DNA of 63,988 nucleotides, filler included, from Polymyxa betae A26-41 (Eukaryota > Protista > Endomyxa: Phytomyxea), in the NCBI GenBank assembly GCA_003693705.1. It is 7 parts of 7 records of this genome, joined end to end, with 100 filler letters (N's around TTAATTAATTAA, not from the genome) between each part and the next. Parts side by side here need not be neighbours in the genome. Positions count along the whole stretch, not along the records: positions 22,962 to 37,125 come from RBZT01000204.1; 6 more parts are not named here. One strand, 5' to 3'. Below the pieces are notes generated by a model. It searched no databases, was not told where the DNA came from, and saw nothing but the letters and a program-made list of their open reading frames with translations. The position numbers and the translations under genes were made by a program. This document shows positions 23,263 through 35,940 of the stretch, piece by piece (position 1 is the stretch's first letter; each line of letters opens with the position of its first letter).

Positions 23263-24701
23263 ACCAATGCTGTACAGGAAGAGCTCCGCGCCTGGGTTTC
23301 TGATGGAGTCTGATTCGAAGATGGCTCCGTAACATGATCAATAACGATACCGGAGTAAGCTGAAACGTCAAGAGAGGATGACATCGAAACGGGCTCTGCT
23401 ACTGAATCCTCAACAGAGGCGTCTCCAGCAACAGACGAGTCGCTAGACGTTACAGTAACATGAACACTGACCAGTCCGTGATGGGAATGATCTGCTATAT
23501 ACGCGCGGCCTTCTTCTTTGAACCTGTCCGTATCCGACCCAGCAAACTCCGTCTCATCTCCAATATCTTCATTCAGTGGCGATTCTGTCGAATCGGGACA
23601 GCCGCGAGCGTCTTCCAAAGACTCCGAACCAGGCTGGGGGGCAGTATCACCCCCGAAGGAGGGTTCGGATACGATTCCCGGGGCGCAACCCGTCTCTGGA
23701 GATGAGACCACGGAGTTCGACACAAATCGATCCTCGGTGTGATCAACAGCAGGCACGTCGGCATGCTGGCTCACGGCATGTTGTATATCGGGTACGACTG
23801 CAGACAGCTCCAGAGGGTCCGAAATTATAAGTCCGTGGCGGACGGGTTCCGATGCGGTTACATCTGCTGCTGGAGACACAGGAGGCCGCATCTCGCAGTC
23901 ATTGACGCCGTCAGCAGGTCCGAAAACCAGTTCACGAAACCCTAACAGTAACGTGTCGAAGGCGTGATCGGAGACGCGACGGACTTCGTGACGGAGACGG
24001 TCGCGAGACGCACCCAGACGCAGCCCCATCTCGGCATCGATCTGTTCGATCAGCAGACGGGCCGCACATACAGTGAACGGGCTGCCGACGGAGTCCGACG
24101 CAATTCCGAGCACGGCGTTCTCAATATCACACATCCATCGATGATGGAAACTCAGCAGGCGCAGCTCGAACGACCGCACCAGCGCGCTCCAGTACGTCCG
24201 CAGTTCGTAACGCCAACGACGCAGGCCCGCGTTCAGGGCCAGTTCGTCGGACGTACCCGCCCACCGTTCGGCAGCGTCCCGGACCGATTCGTCACAGAAT
24301 CGTTGCAGATCGCGGACTAGATCAGCGGACTGCAGGTCGGCATGAAACGCGTCCGTGTACTGGGCGGTAACGTAATCATACAGAGCCTGCAAGAGCGCCG
24401 ACTCCGGATTGTCCGAATCCAGGGCCTGAGATAGGATGTTGCCGATACCAGCAAAATACGAGAAGCGCTCTATCATCCGTGAATGTATTAGATGATGATA
24501 GAAAATAGGCATGATAACGTTACTTGATAATGATGTAACATAAGCTTGCGGAGAATCATCATCAAAGCTAAGAGGGGAGTGAACGTTAGACGAATCAGGC
24601 GGGGAGTTGCAGTCGAGGTTGATAGGGGCCGTGGCGGCGTCCGTGAACGCGGCGATGCAGAAGAGGATCGCGCCCCCGATTCGAAGGACGGGGACCAGCA
24701 T
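22962..24701 (-). CDS. Secreted protein with acidic Ser/Pro-rich C-terminus and 11-aa tandem repeats (runs into gap)
   Basis: Signal peptide MLVPVLRIGGAILFCIAAFTDA; long open frame; (SDDVTPSPVIA)n. Confidence 0.8.
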
Positions 24702-25473
24702 GCCGGGGCAGGCAGGTGAGCGACCAGTGAGAACGAGTGGGGGCGACGATTTCTAAACAATGACCCGGTCTCCTCAAGTCCGTGGCAGCCGCGCATCAAG
24801 CTGGTCGACAGGGCCAGCATGACGACTCCGCTCTATGTCCTGTAACGATATCGTCCGTAAGTAACGCATACTGCTACGCTGGGCTCATTGAATCATACAG
24901 ACTGGCCATCAAGTATCATTAACAAGGTCATTCTCTATAGGAAATCTTTTCCTATTTTTGAAGTTTTTTACGCTGTCTACTCTTGAGCTGTTTCTCAATT
25001 GAGGCTGGAAAATCCGATCTCGGCATTCAAGACTATGTCATAGCTCCTTCCAGAAGCAGAAGATCATTCTTTGGGTATTGTTTGATCACATGAAGAATGC
25101 TGCTGTAGGGATCTCAACATCCAGAAACTTTTACCAAGAGACTCCCCTTTTAAGTCCCTCTCTAAATCCAGCTAATTTGCGTACTGGCTCAATCTGGAAG
25201 AATTTTTATGTCACGTATCATTGTCACAATATTTCCCGGTGGTACTCTCATTCTTCTCAGGGACGTCCCATTTCCAAGTCGGTGTCACAAACCTATCTCA
25301 TTTGACGTAAACATTGAAAGCCATCTTTGATTAATTCTGAAGCTCGGATGCATTGACGATGGGCGAAACACAAATCTGAGCGCAGATTTTACTGATAAAA
25401 AATGATTAACATCATGAATTAGAGTCAGTTTTAATAACGTAGTCGAAGATGGTGTCACAGCTGATTATAAATA

Positions 25474-27930
25474 CCGTAGACTCTCTAATAATTGGTCCTC
25501 TTATAATCGATTCTCGCTTATAATTGATATCGAATGCGTCCACCGAGTCCGTTCTATAGGTTATAATCGATATTCTCTTATATTTAATAATCGATACAGT
25601 ATGCGGAACCCATCGATTATAACCAATAAGAATAATTTCATAGGTCAAGTTTATTGCCGAAAGAAAGAGCGGATGTCGCTCTGTTTCAAAGAGTCCGTAT
25701 GATTCTCCGCCTTCTCTCGACAAAGTTCAAGCAAGAGGCGGCGAACTTGACGAATTGCGGTCTCATTCTCTAGCTGATTGTCAATAAGGAGACTCAAGGT
25801 TGTTCGAACAGCCTGAATCTTATCAACAAGTGTCGGGCCGTGGTCAGTATCGTCATCAGAACTTTCTGAATCTTCCTGAGCCACTTCAGAAAACACTTCC
25901 ATAAGTTCGTGGTCGGTGAAAGAGTGATGAATGTCAATTTGCGATTCGTGCTCTGCCATCTCCTCGATAGTCAAGGCCGAACCAATTTTGAGCTGCTTAA
26001 CGTTCTCTGACAATATTTTGTCAACAGCGTCATCCACAGAAGAACTAGGTGAAGGAGACACTTCATCCGCCAACAAACCAGTATGACGCCAGCAATTCGC
26101 AATCGTATCAGATGATACGGCATTCCAAGCTGCCTTCATCCATCTCATTGCCTTCAGAATGTCGACCTTGTAGATATTTTTTTCTCCTGCTGCATCTCTA
26201 TCGATAGCGTGGGCAAGATGAAAAGACCGGTAGCGTTTTTTGAATGATGCAATGATGCCAGCGTCCATAGGTTGGATGCGCGAGATCGTATTTGGGGCAG
26301 AAATGTTACCTTCACATTGGAAAGAGTCAGGTTCTTAACCATATGTGTTGGTGCATTTGTCAAGAAGCAAAAGGACATGGCGTTGCTGGCGAAGCATCCG
26401 AGCGTCAAACTGCTGTAACCATTCCTGAAAAAGTTGCGAAGTCATCCATGCCTTCTTGTTAAACCTGTAATAGAAACCCAGCTGTTGGCCTGTCTTTTTG
26501 TTGAACGCTCTCGGTTTTGCAGAATGGCCTATAATCATAAGTTCCTCTTTCTCCGTGCCGTCAGAGTTAGCACAGAGAGCAACGCTGATGCGAGTTTTAT
26601 CCTTCTTCATTCCTTCAATTTGCCGACTTGCAATTGTTCGATCAGGCGCCAGACAGTAAAAGAGGCCCGTCTCATCCATATTGAAGACATCTCGAGGAGC
26701 ATACAATTTGATCGTGGCCCGAAGGTCAGGAAGGGCAGCTTCAATGCCCGCGACATCAGCTGAGCCACTTTCGCCGGACATCATTATCGTCCTGAGTCCA
26801 TGCCGATCCAAGAACTTTTCAAGCCAGCCATCCGAGAAACTAGGACGTTGACGTTCGGCAAGTCCTAACCTATCGGCGAAATCCCCTTTTCTGCCTGTAT
26901 CAGGCTCCAAATCAAGCTCACCCGATTTTCTTGGCGTTGTAGAATCCATTCCGCTAAGATCTTGTCCAATTCGGCTGACTTGACAGTCCTCTTTCTTTTA
27001 AGTTCGCGGTTTCTGTCATCCAATATCTCAGGAACTCCGCGCTTCTTATTAACGATGTGAGAGATTGTCGATTGACTGGGAAGTTTCTTCAAATTGAATT
27101 CCTTCTTTGCCCAGTCGCGGAGTTTCTCTTGAGTCATCCCTTTCTGCTTGCTCTGCTGAACAATCTTCTGGGCTTGTTCGTTGGTCAAGTTTCCCCCAGT
27201 TGCAGTTGCACTGCGGAATTCCGCCAAGATTTTGGATATAGTGGCCTGGGTCAGTTTTTCAAGTTGAAACTCATTCTTCGCCCAATCAGCAAGGCTCGTT
27301 TGTTTCAGCTTAGGGAAAGACAAATGTCTCTGCCAAATCTGCGACCTTTTCTCTTTTGAAAGCTTCGTTTTTGATCTTGAAACGTCGGGTCCAACGCACG
27401 GAGTTGTAACGTTCTCATGACCGGACTGTACGTCAGAAGAAGAACTCGTTTCACCATCAGATAATGAACAAGAATCAGACGACAATTGCAACCGCGGGAG
27501 TTGACCAGAGCGCATACATGTTCCAGATTTCGAACACCAGATGCGTTGACCATGTCCTTCGTCGTCGAATTCATAAGGTTTCCCGCAAAACGGGTGCACA
27601 GGCTGATAGCACGCAGGACACAGATGATGCCCGCTTATTGAAGAGTTACAAAAAACGCAGCAATTCATATCGGTGGTGATTGCGACAACCGGACGGCGAG
27701 TAGAACGCAGCGAATCAGCTTTCAATGACGAATCCAGAAGCGAATTTGAGGGCATTGACCCGGGGTCAAATTCGAAACTCGCAGATTCCGCGATCCGTCA
27801 GTCACGCATTAAATTTTTGCGTACGCATAAATAAAATTGCGAACGCAGTTTATTCTCTGATAATCGATACTCTCTTATAATTGATAAAAACACCTGCCAC
27901 CGACCATATCGATTATAAGAGAGTCTACGG
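25474..27930 (-). mobile_element. pogo/Tigger-type (Tc1/mariner superfamily, DDE_1) DNA transposon with TA TSD
   Basis: TA|CCGTAGACTCTCTAATAAT ... ATTATAAGAGAGTCTACGG|TA; subterminal ATAATCGA repeats. Confidence 0.92.
25651..27755 (-). pseudogene. CENP-B/pogo-like transposase with frameshifts
   Basis: Two HTH_psq-like repeats (LADWAKNEF..., LRDWAKKEF...SQSTIS), FSDGWLEKF, VFNMDETGLFY, NKKAWMT, LLLLD, VTFLP, QPMDAGII, IANCWRHTG over 4 frames. Confidence 0.92.
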
Positions 27931-28662
27931 TACATGAAATGGTGTTGGTAGGGACCCTCTGAACATAATCTCTGGGATATCAAGAACAAACTGCGAAAGA
28001 TACAGTGGCGCAATTTTCAATTTTGATGAGTCTCTTGGGTCGTTTTGACGCGCACATTTTGAATTCTATCCACTTGTAACTCCGGCAACCAAAATTTCCT
28101 AAAACATAACAAATCCCGATCACAAATCTTGCGATTTTAAATGCTCCACAGATACCTGGTTTAAATCATAACTTTATTAGGTGAAGAATATTTGGAATTC
28201 ACAAACCAACCTCTCTATAGAACTTTCCCAGATAGATGCCCAGAAGATATCATTGATGTCATATCTCATACTGCTTACGACAAAATGATTCTGTATTCAC
28301 GTCTCATGTCTTAAAAATCGCTGAGATTCGCATAATCAGAATATGATGGGAATAATCATGTTACAGACCAGCTGGAAGAGAGTTATGTTACTCAGTTACT
28401 GTCTCTCCTCTCGACTTCCATACTACAGAGCCCGGAGTATGATTTCTCTGCCAGAATCAAGTCCCTCTTTCTATCAATCATTATTAGAAAGAAATCTCCA
28501 TTCTCATTATAGGAAAAGATTTTCTATCATTCATTTCTACCCTAGTAGATCTAATACTCATGAATCTGTGACGAATAATCATTTAATCTGTAAAAACTGC
28601 GCGATTAAGCGTTAAGTTTCACATCGTCGAAGTCCGACGATCAGTCTCTCTTTTGCCTTGAA

Positions 28663-30004
28663 ATGGTGGGCCCAGCGATTCCTTTCCTGATTCTGAGCCT
28701 ATCTGCGTGCTTCGCTGCATTCAATCTTTTAGTCGAGTAATGTTACAGACCCTTTGAACGACCCTCCTGATACTGTCTATCTTTCCGATCTCAATCAGGT
28801 CTATCACCCCGATCTCACAGATACAGGAGTAGGGTTTCTATGTCAGAATGAAGACACATTTTTTTTACCTGATGATGGCATGTTATCAACATCTATATTA
28901 CATCATTCAGAAAGGGTTCCAGTTTTTCCTCCTATTCAGGGAACTATCAATGAAATGTTTGCGAGTCAAATCTCATGTCCTAGAAGTTTCTGATATTTCG
29001 TTATTAGAATGATGAACCAGCTGAAAATATCTGCCGGAAACGTCTTCGTATTGAGATATCATCGTCAACTGAGCTTCTGTATTCCTTCAATTATGATTTG
29101 ACTGATATCAATGATTATAACAGTCTCTGCAAGTTTCTGGTGACTTTTATAGAGCGTTTTGTGCCTCTGTATATTGACTGTAGATTAGATGAGAGAGCCG
29201 AATGATGAAGAACTTCATTCTCTCTCTTCAAAGTCCGATGATGATGCAGTTCAACGCTCCAAAAAAATCTCTCCTTTAATTTTCAATATGAATGGACATG
29301 ATCTGGATGTGAGCGAAATCAAACGAATCCGTCCTGCTCCGAGCACATTACAAAAGCTGATTTTAATTGCGAATCTGTATCGGAAAGTGACCTGGGCCTG
29401 CCGGCAATATGAATATCCTTTGAAGAAGGCTGGTTTCGAGATTGTGGATAACCCTAAACCCTAAAAACCCTAATTATCCTCTGAATCTGTAATTCAGAAA
29501 AAGCAGCCTGATGATGACGAGAAGGCGTTTCTTACTGCTACGAACCAATTGCTCCGATCAAAGGGCAAACCAAAGTGCATACAACGTAATGCAAAAGATT
29601 TCATTATTGAGAAAGGTCGCGATGATCCGCTCATATTGACGGAAGCGTCGGAAATGGCAGATTCGGAGACCACGTTACACAAGGTGATATTAGTGGCCAG
29701 TGTGTGTCTAAAAATAGGTCAGGCCAAGATTGCCGACCCGAGATTGAACATACACCGTGATCGGTGTGCGAACTGGCTACAACGAACATGTTACCCAGTG
29801 TTCGATTCTGCTGTCAGAATAATCTTCGGACTTTTCAATCTCGATGGGGGAATCCGTTTCCGCATTGTCGTTTTGACAGGCTTTGTACTGGCAAGAATAC
29901 AGAGTGCGGTTATGAGACACGCAATGCCCGTGACAAACGTAAATACTCCGTCAAATCCAGTAAATTCTAACAGTATTTCATCAGTAAAATATTGGCAAAT
30001 TTGA
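28663..30004 (+). CDS. Secreted protein, effector-like family member A (multi-exon)
   Basis: Signal peptide MVGPAIPFLILSLSACFA, basic CRKRLR, and family motifs DINDYNSLCKFL, MREPNDEE, STLQKLILIANLY shared with copies B and C. Confidence 0.6.
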
Positions 30005-31419
30005 CTCAGATTTACCTGTGCCTAGAAGCTTCATTTTGTTCGATCTTAAATTGAGACATGGATTCATTCAACAAGAGTGAATGTTTTTCAAAGAAGATTC
30101 TTGTCGCCGTGGCTTTTCTCGTAATCATTGAGTAACTGTAAATCCATCGTTGCTGATGATCTCGTAGTTTGGGCTCTCAGATACTGAAACTGATTACAAA
30201 CTCGAACGAGGAGTTTTCGCTCTCTGACGATGAAACAGATCGGAATTGATTGAGAAAGCTACGTGCGATGTTGTCGATCTGCAACCCCCCCCCCCCTTCA
30301 ACGCCGTAATAGCCTCATTATCGATGATTCGCGTGAAGTCTTGATCGGGTCGTTCTATCATCGAGTCAGAATAACGCGGAGATGCCTGCCTCTTGCGTAA
30401 AGAGCTGGTTGGTCGGATCGAAGAGATTCGAGAGTTTTTTATAAAAACAATATTGTGCATATTGAAATTTTTCAATTGTTCGATCGAAAAGCTGGGAGCA
30501 CGACTTACAGGAAAGCAAACATTCCACATTTTTTTTATACAAACCGCATATTTTGCAAAAAAAAATATTAAACGCTACAAAACTTTCAACAAATCCAAAG
30601 TACTAAGTCCCTAGAAGAGTATATAGATAAGCATGAACGGCGTTCACCGGTGGAATCTTCAGTTATTACTTACCTTGGATGGGAGGAGAAACGCATATTG
30701 AAGGCACATTTCGTCCCAGTGAAATCGCATACAATCAATATATGAGAACATATACACGATGTCTAAAATTGACTCGAATAACAAAACTCTGGCACCTTGC
30801 TCCTGACCAAATGGCCAATCAAGCGGGCCGGAGACTCGAAAGGTTCAATCGTAAGGCTTAATGATCCATGAGTCCTTTGATAGTACTTAACTCAAAAGAT
30901 ATAATAAATACGATCATAACCCCCCAAAACAGCTTTTAGCTAGAAGCTTTAAATGAAAATTAAAACAGAAACTCTAAGCGTTAAAAGTTCGGGTTAAGTT
31001 GATATGGGCGTTCTCCAAATCCTCGGCATATACCTAGTAGTATCATACTAGAAGCAAAGAGGGAATGAATTTGGATACTTCCAGATGAATTCTAAGCTAG
31101 ATACGGGTGAGGAGGCGATAAGGGATAAGCGAGGGGGATAGCGACGGTAGAAGGCTGGAGATTTGCGGCCAGCGATGTAGATGCCAGCCATCACGGACGG
31201 CGACAGATTGAGGTCTTCGACAAGAACACGATTGATAGCCTGCTTACGCTTATAGCGTAAATGTATTCCGCATAATCACTAAAAAATCATTCAAAGAGTC
31301 AGGAGTGGCTGGGAAATGGCGCAGCCTCCTTCACGCACCGACCGCATCGCTCAATGATTTTCGGATTACGCAAATTGCTTGACTCCATCCGAATTTGTTT
31401 CCGTCGTCCTTTGTCAGAA

Positions 31420-33175
31420 ATGTTTCCTTCTGCCATCGTCGTCCTCATACTGGTCGCTGTTCATGCAGCCGCGGCTTCGCCAATGCGGCTCCGGGACCAG
31501 TACGGCAAGGCGGTCGCCGATCACCCCGAGGTAGTTGATCTGTGTATTTGACCGCCTAACTAAATGTATGATAGAGCTTGGCTGAGACCGGTTCCGAGGC
31601 TGCTCAGAGCTCACAGAGGCCGCGCTATGAGCCCGCTCACCCTATTGATGGCCTCTCTCAGTGAGACGCGTCGCCCCGTAATCCCAACTTGGGGGAATCT
31701 TCCCATGTAAGGAGCGGTGTTTGCCACCACAGCTCTCAACCTGCTTGCATTCACCACTGATACATCCCTATATAGGAGTTGGTCGTGCACGAATCGTTGA
31801 CCATTCCGCGACTCCTTCCACTGCCAAGTCTATCTACCCCTCTGAATCTGGAACTCTCTTTATGTTCAACCTCTGTTCAGGAATCCGATTCTCCTGTCCA
31901 AGTATTGTTACATTCCAACAATCACCATCCTCTTCATACTAACAGTTTCATTCAGGCTGATTGTTATAAACAACAGGAAGCGCCTCAGAAGCCCAGCTTC
32001 TCTGAAATCCTCTCTCTAAATCTGGAGCTCTCTTTAGGCCAAACTTCTTCTCAGGTTCAGGAATCCCTGGGCCAAGTATTCCCGCCACTCAACCAGGCTG
32101 CTTGTGATCAGCAACAAATCGGCTGCAAAAGGAAACGCGACCCTCCAACCTCAACGCCGTATACACGCTTCCACGAGATGTTTGATCAGAAGTTTCCCGA
32201 TATCATTGACTTCATAACCCAGGATATTAGGGTGAACCACGTCTCAGAAGAACCATGGCTTTTTACTCACGAGCCCTATCGATCGAAAAAACCACCACAG
32301 CCATTTTTCTTAATCCAAAGAATGATGCGTCTGAACGATTTGCTGAATTTCGATGTGGACGTTAATAGCTACGAAAGCCTCTGTCTGTTTCTTATAAGTT
32401 TATTCGTTCAGCGCTGAGCTCGCTAAAAGTTTTTTTCAAATGCAGAACAAAAAACCGAGTCCGGAAGAGTTCGATTTCCTCACAGATAGTCATTGGACGC
32501 AGCCCAATATCACCCCGTCTGATCGTCGCATTGAAAAACCTTTAACAGTTTTCGTGAATAACACCGCGGTGGTCTTGAACGAGATCCCAGAGCTCGCGAA
32601 GGCGACGAGCACGCTGGAGAAACTGATTCTCGTGGTCCGCATATACAGCAAGGTTCCTTTTACGCCGGGTTTCGGGGATGGAAAACGCCCCTTTACTATC
32701 TGCTGGCTCATACCTGCGTGCCTGTCCTATTATGTCTCACTAACTGCTGTAAGAACGATCTGCGAATGTTTCATTCGCGATGGGGAAGTCCGTTCTCCCA
32801 TTCGAGGTTTAACCGTCAATGTTATCGTAAGGATTGGACCGTGCCGATCTGCGAGTTTGAACAATTCAGCTTGGACCATCTTCGCGCAACAGTGTGAAAG
32901 TTCTATCCAGATTCGGACGGCGCTTTTGATTGCCTTCTTCCGTATCAAGTTGAAGGATTTCAGACGGTAATCGGATGACTCATTTCGATGGCTTTTTAAG
33001 ATTGTTACAGACATCATTTCTGGTCTGCATTCGCGCCCTTCAAGATCGAGTTCAGCTGATGAAGTTGAATTGTTCGAAAGGTCTTCTGAAATATCTTAAT
33101 GACGTTGTCAATCCCATATTAAAGTGCCTTCAAGGTTTGTGTAATAACGATGTGGACAGTTTTATCACGCTCTGA
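31420..33175 (+). CDS. Secreted protein, effector-like family member B (signal peptide, two LNLELSL motifs, NLS); possibly pseudogenised
   Basis: MFPSAIVVLILVAVHAAAASP; LNLELSL at 31842-31862 and 32016-32036; KRKRDP; DVNSYESLCLFL; STLEKLILVVRIY. Confidence 0.65.
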
Positions 33176-33299
33176 AATCAGTCTGATCATACAATCAATA
33201 AAGTAGGAGAACCGGTTTCTAAGACCTGATTCTGTTCAAGACCAGAAAGCAATGGCTGGATACACGTCTTGAAGGAGAATTTCAATAAGCATTTCGAAG

Positions 33300-33800
33300 G
33301 TGCCTTAATGCTGTCGATTGGCAGAATTTCAGATAGAGTTGGATATTGATTGAGTTTAGAAGACACTGAACTGTTATCGCAGCTAACAGTATCAAAATAT
33401 GCCTTGATGTCTTAAAGCATTTGTTGGTGGCTTCTTCTGCCTATAGGGCTTGAAGCGGTTACTGATTAGAAAGGGCACGTGGAAGACACAGAGTAGAGAT
33501 GGAAATACAGACTACCAGATCTACTTTGATAGCCCTTTATTAAACAGAGTAAGAACAGGACACTCTCGAGCTCAATCACATTTACGTAATCGAAATGTAG
33601 AGCCCAGCGATCAATGTCGACACTGCAATAAAACAGTGACACTATTGAACATCAACTCCTGAAATTTAACAAATTTCAAAAGCAACTGAAAAAATATCGA
33701 AAGAAATACGAACAAAGTAACATTACAGACTTCAACGACGCACTTTACACCAAACTCAGGTCAAAATTTCTAGCAAAAGCATATTCTATCGGCTTTTACA
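33300..33800. pseudogene. Degenerate LINE fragments (C-terminal Cys/His domain on +, RT motif on -)
   Basis: Plus strand LLNRVRTGHSRAQSHL...CRHC resembles the RLRTGH...CxxC end of LINE ORF2; minus strand DIKAYFDTV near 33385-33411. Confidence 0.55.
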
Positions 33801-34315
33801 TTCAGCGACGCATGGTGAAAGCTGAGAAACCAGTAGGGGAGTAGTAGATAAGGATAGGGTTTTAGGGTTCGAGTCCCTGTTGGATTTGGGGGTGCCTATC
33901 TTACCTTATAGAGGCTCTCTTAGCTCCTGCTGATAGGGCCGTTTACCATCAACAAATATTTCAACTGGTGAATACCATCAACAATTATTTCAACGGGTGA
34001 ATTACTACAATGCCCCGAAATCAGTAGTAGGAATTCTAAAATCTATTTGGGCAATTTGCCGAAATTTTCCAGCCATGCGTTTTGGAAAATCTGTCGGCAC
34101 TATTTCGGGGCCGATCCGCCCGCTGGCTGTGTAAATTGCGATCATTTCAGTACAACTCGAAAATCTTCCAAAAAAATTTCATCCCTGAACGGCTACGAGT
34201 TTTTTTCGTTCGTAAGGGTACGTTTCTGGCTTTAACCTTGTCTATATGGTTGCTCTAGTTTTGGGATGGTTCTTTATAGGACATCAAAGAACTGTAAACT
34301 CTTTTTTCAGTCGAC

Positions 34316-35553
34316 GGAAACAGGCTGCGCTTCAGTCGATGGAGGCGCAACCTCCTTTCCGTCACAAACTGCTCTATCTACCAACCTATGTCCTATGATC
34401 TATCCCTTTCGCTCTTCTATACTGATGTCTCTATCTATCTCGTTCCCTTTCGCACCCTTCTTGCGGCACCTCTGTTGTATTATGAAGGGGCACCCTTGCT
34501 CTGTGATTATCTGTTAGGACAGCGTTCTTGGAAATCGTTTCTTCTTTCGCTTGGCGATTCTGAAGCTCACTCACCGGCAGCCGTCCCGCTTGACGTTCAC
34601 GCCTTTCCGGGGCCTTAAATCCTCCCCCTTCTTGCGCTGGTTCCATCACAGAGACGTCCTTGTCGGATGATTCTATCCCACGCTTGGCCATTTGATCGGC
34701 AATGATCATGCGACGAATCTTGAAAAGTGAGTATCATTGACTGCTAAATTGATGAGTTTTTTTGCAATTTCCTAACAACAGAGTATAACGGTTAGCCTAG
34801 CTGTGAGGAACTGGAATTTGGTGATAGGCTTTCAGTCTTGAATCGTGTGAGGGTTTGCTTAACGTCCATTTCTGTGTCTTGAGTGCTAGGTGTAATGTAT
34901 GAGAAGGAATATCTAAACGATCAAGGGGATTGTTTTTTCAACATTTGTAAAATTTCGAAGATCACAAGATAACCCAAAAATATGAGAATTTTCGTGCGCT
35001 TGGGTGGCTTCATGCAATTCCAGAAACGAAGAATCCGATCCAGAAAGTGCAGATTGTGGTGTTATTACACTTGAAGTATTTTGGTTCCCACAAGTGCTGT
35101 GATTGTCTATAGAGGCCTCCTCATCGGAATTGTGACTCCTCATGTATTAGAATGGTGCTGACGATTTCACGATCTGGGACACTAAGGTTTTCAAATCTGT
35201 CTTCTCGTTGGAGAATGCTGGTCAACAGGGGAAGGAGATTGTGTCCCGCTGAGAGATGCGGTCTCTTTAAAAAAGAAAGAGAAATCTCCAACCTGGGAAT
35301 CGCCTTGCGGCCGGTTGATCCAATTCCACACTCGATTCTACATCGGCAAAAAATCACGAGGCTTGCAGAAAGAATATATTCGTAGATGAGAAAAAGAAAA
35401 CCTAACAGCCAGAATCTTGTCGAAGAGGAGAGAAAGAGAACGTAACTGACAGAATCTATTCGTAGAGGAGAGAAAGAGAAGGAACAGAGAATTCAGTCAT
35501 TTCAGTGACGGAAGGAGGTTGCGCTTCCGTCGACTGAAGCGCAGCCTGTTTTC
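34316..35553. mobile_element. Putative TIR element bounded by ~50-bp inverted repeats
   Basis: GGAAACAGGCTGCGCTTCAGTCGATGGAGGCGCAACCTCCTTTCCGTCAC versus its near-perfect inverse at 35504-35553; no TSD identified. Confidence 0.55.
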
Positions 35554-35940
35554 CTTGGAGAGAAGAACCAAGGCTTTACCGATCAAAGAACGTCGATACA
35601 TTTCTGGTTGCAAGGGAAGCGAGACATTTGGGGACCTTGATCTTAAGATCCCCATTAATCCTGATAAAGCATTCGCTCATATTTGTCTCTCTTCAATGAT
35701 GATACTTGCAAAGGACCTGAAATTGTTTTGAGTAGAGAGTGGACAGTTCACGATATGAAGCGTTTGTTAATGGAGATCTGTAAGCATTGGCAACATGTGA
35801 ATCAGGGCATAGGGTTTAGGGTTTGCTTTGCTGTTGCTGTCGCGGACCAGTTTAGTTTGTAAGGCCGAGTGGCCGCTTTCAATGCAGATCAAACTCAACC
35901 CTCTCCGACGTGCGGACACCACGCAACCAGAACCAGACAA

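Noticed and set aside
33800-33890. tRNA/SINE suggested by B-box-like GGTTCGAGTCCC
   Set aside because: No cloverleaf or convincing A box; the motif overlaps a telomere-like run.
33945-34003. 29-bp direct duplication; similar short duplication at 43010-43080
   Set aside because: Two-copy slippage-type duplications with no further structure.
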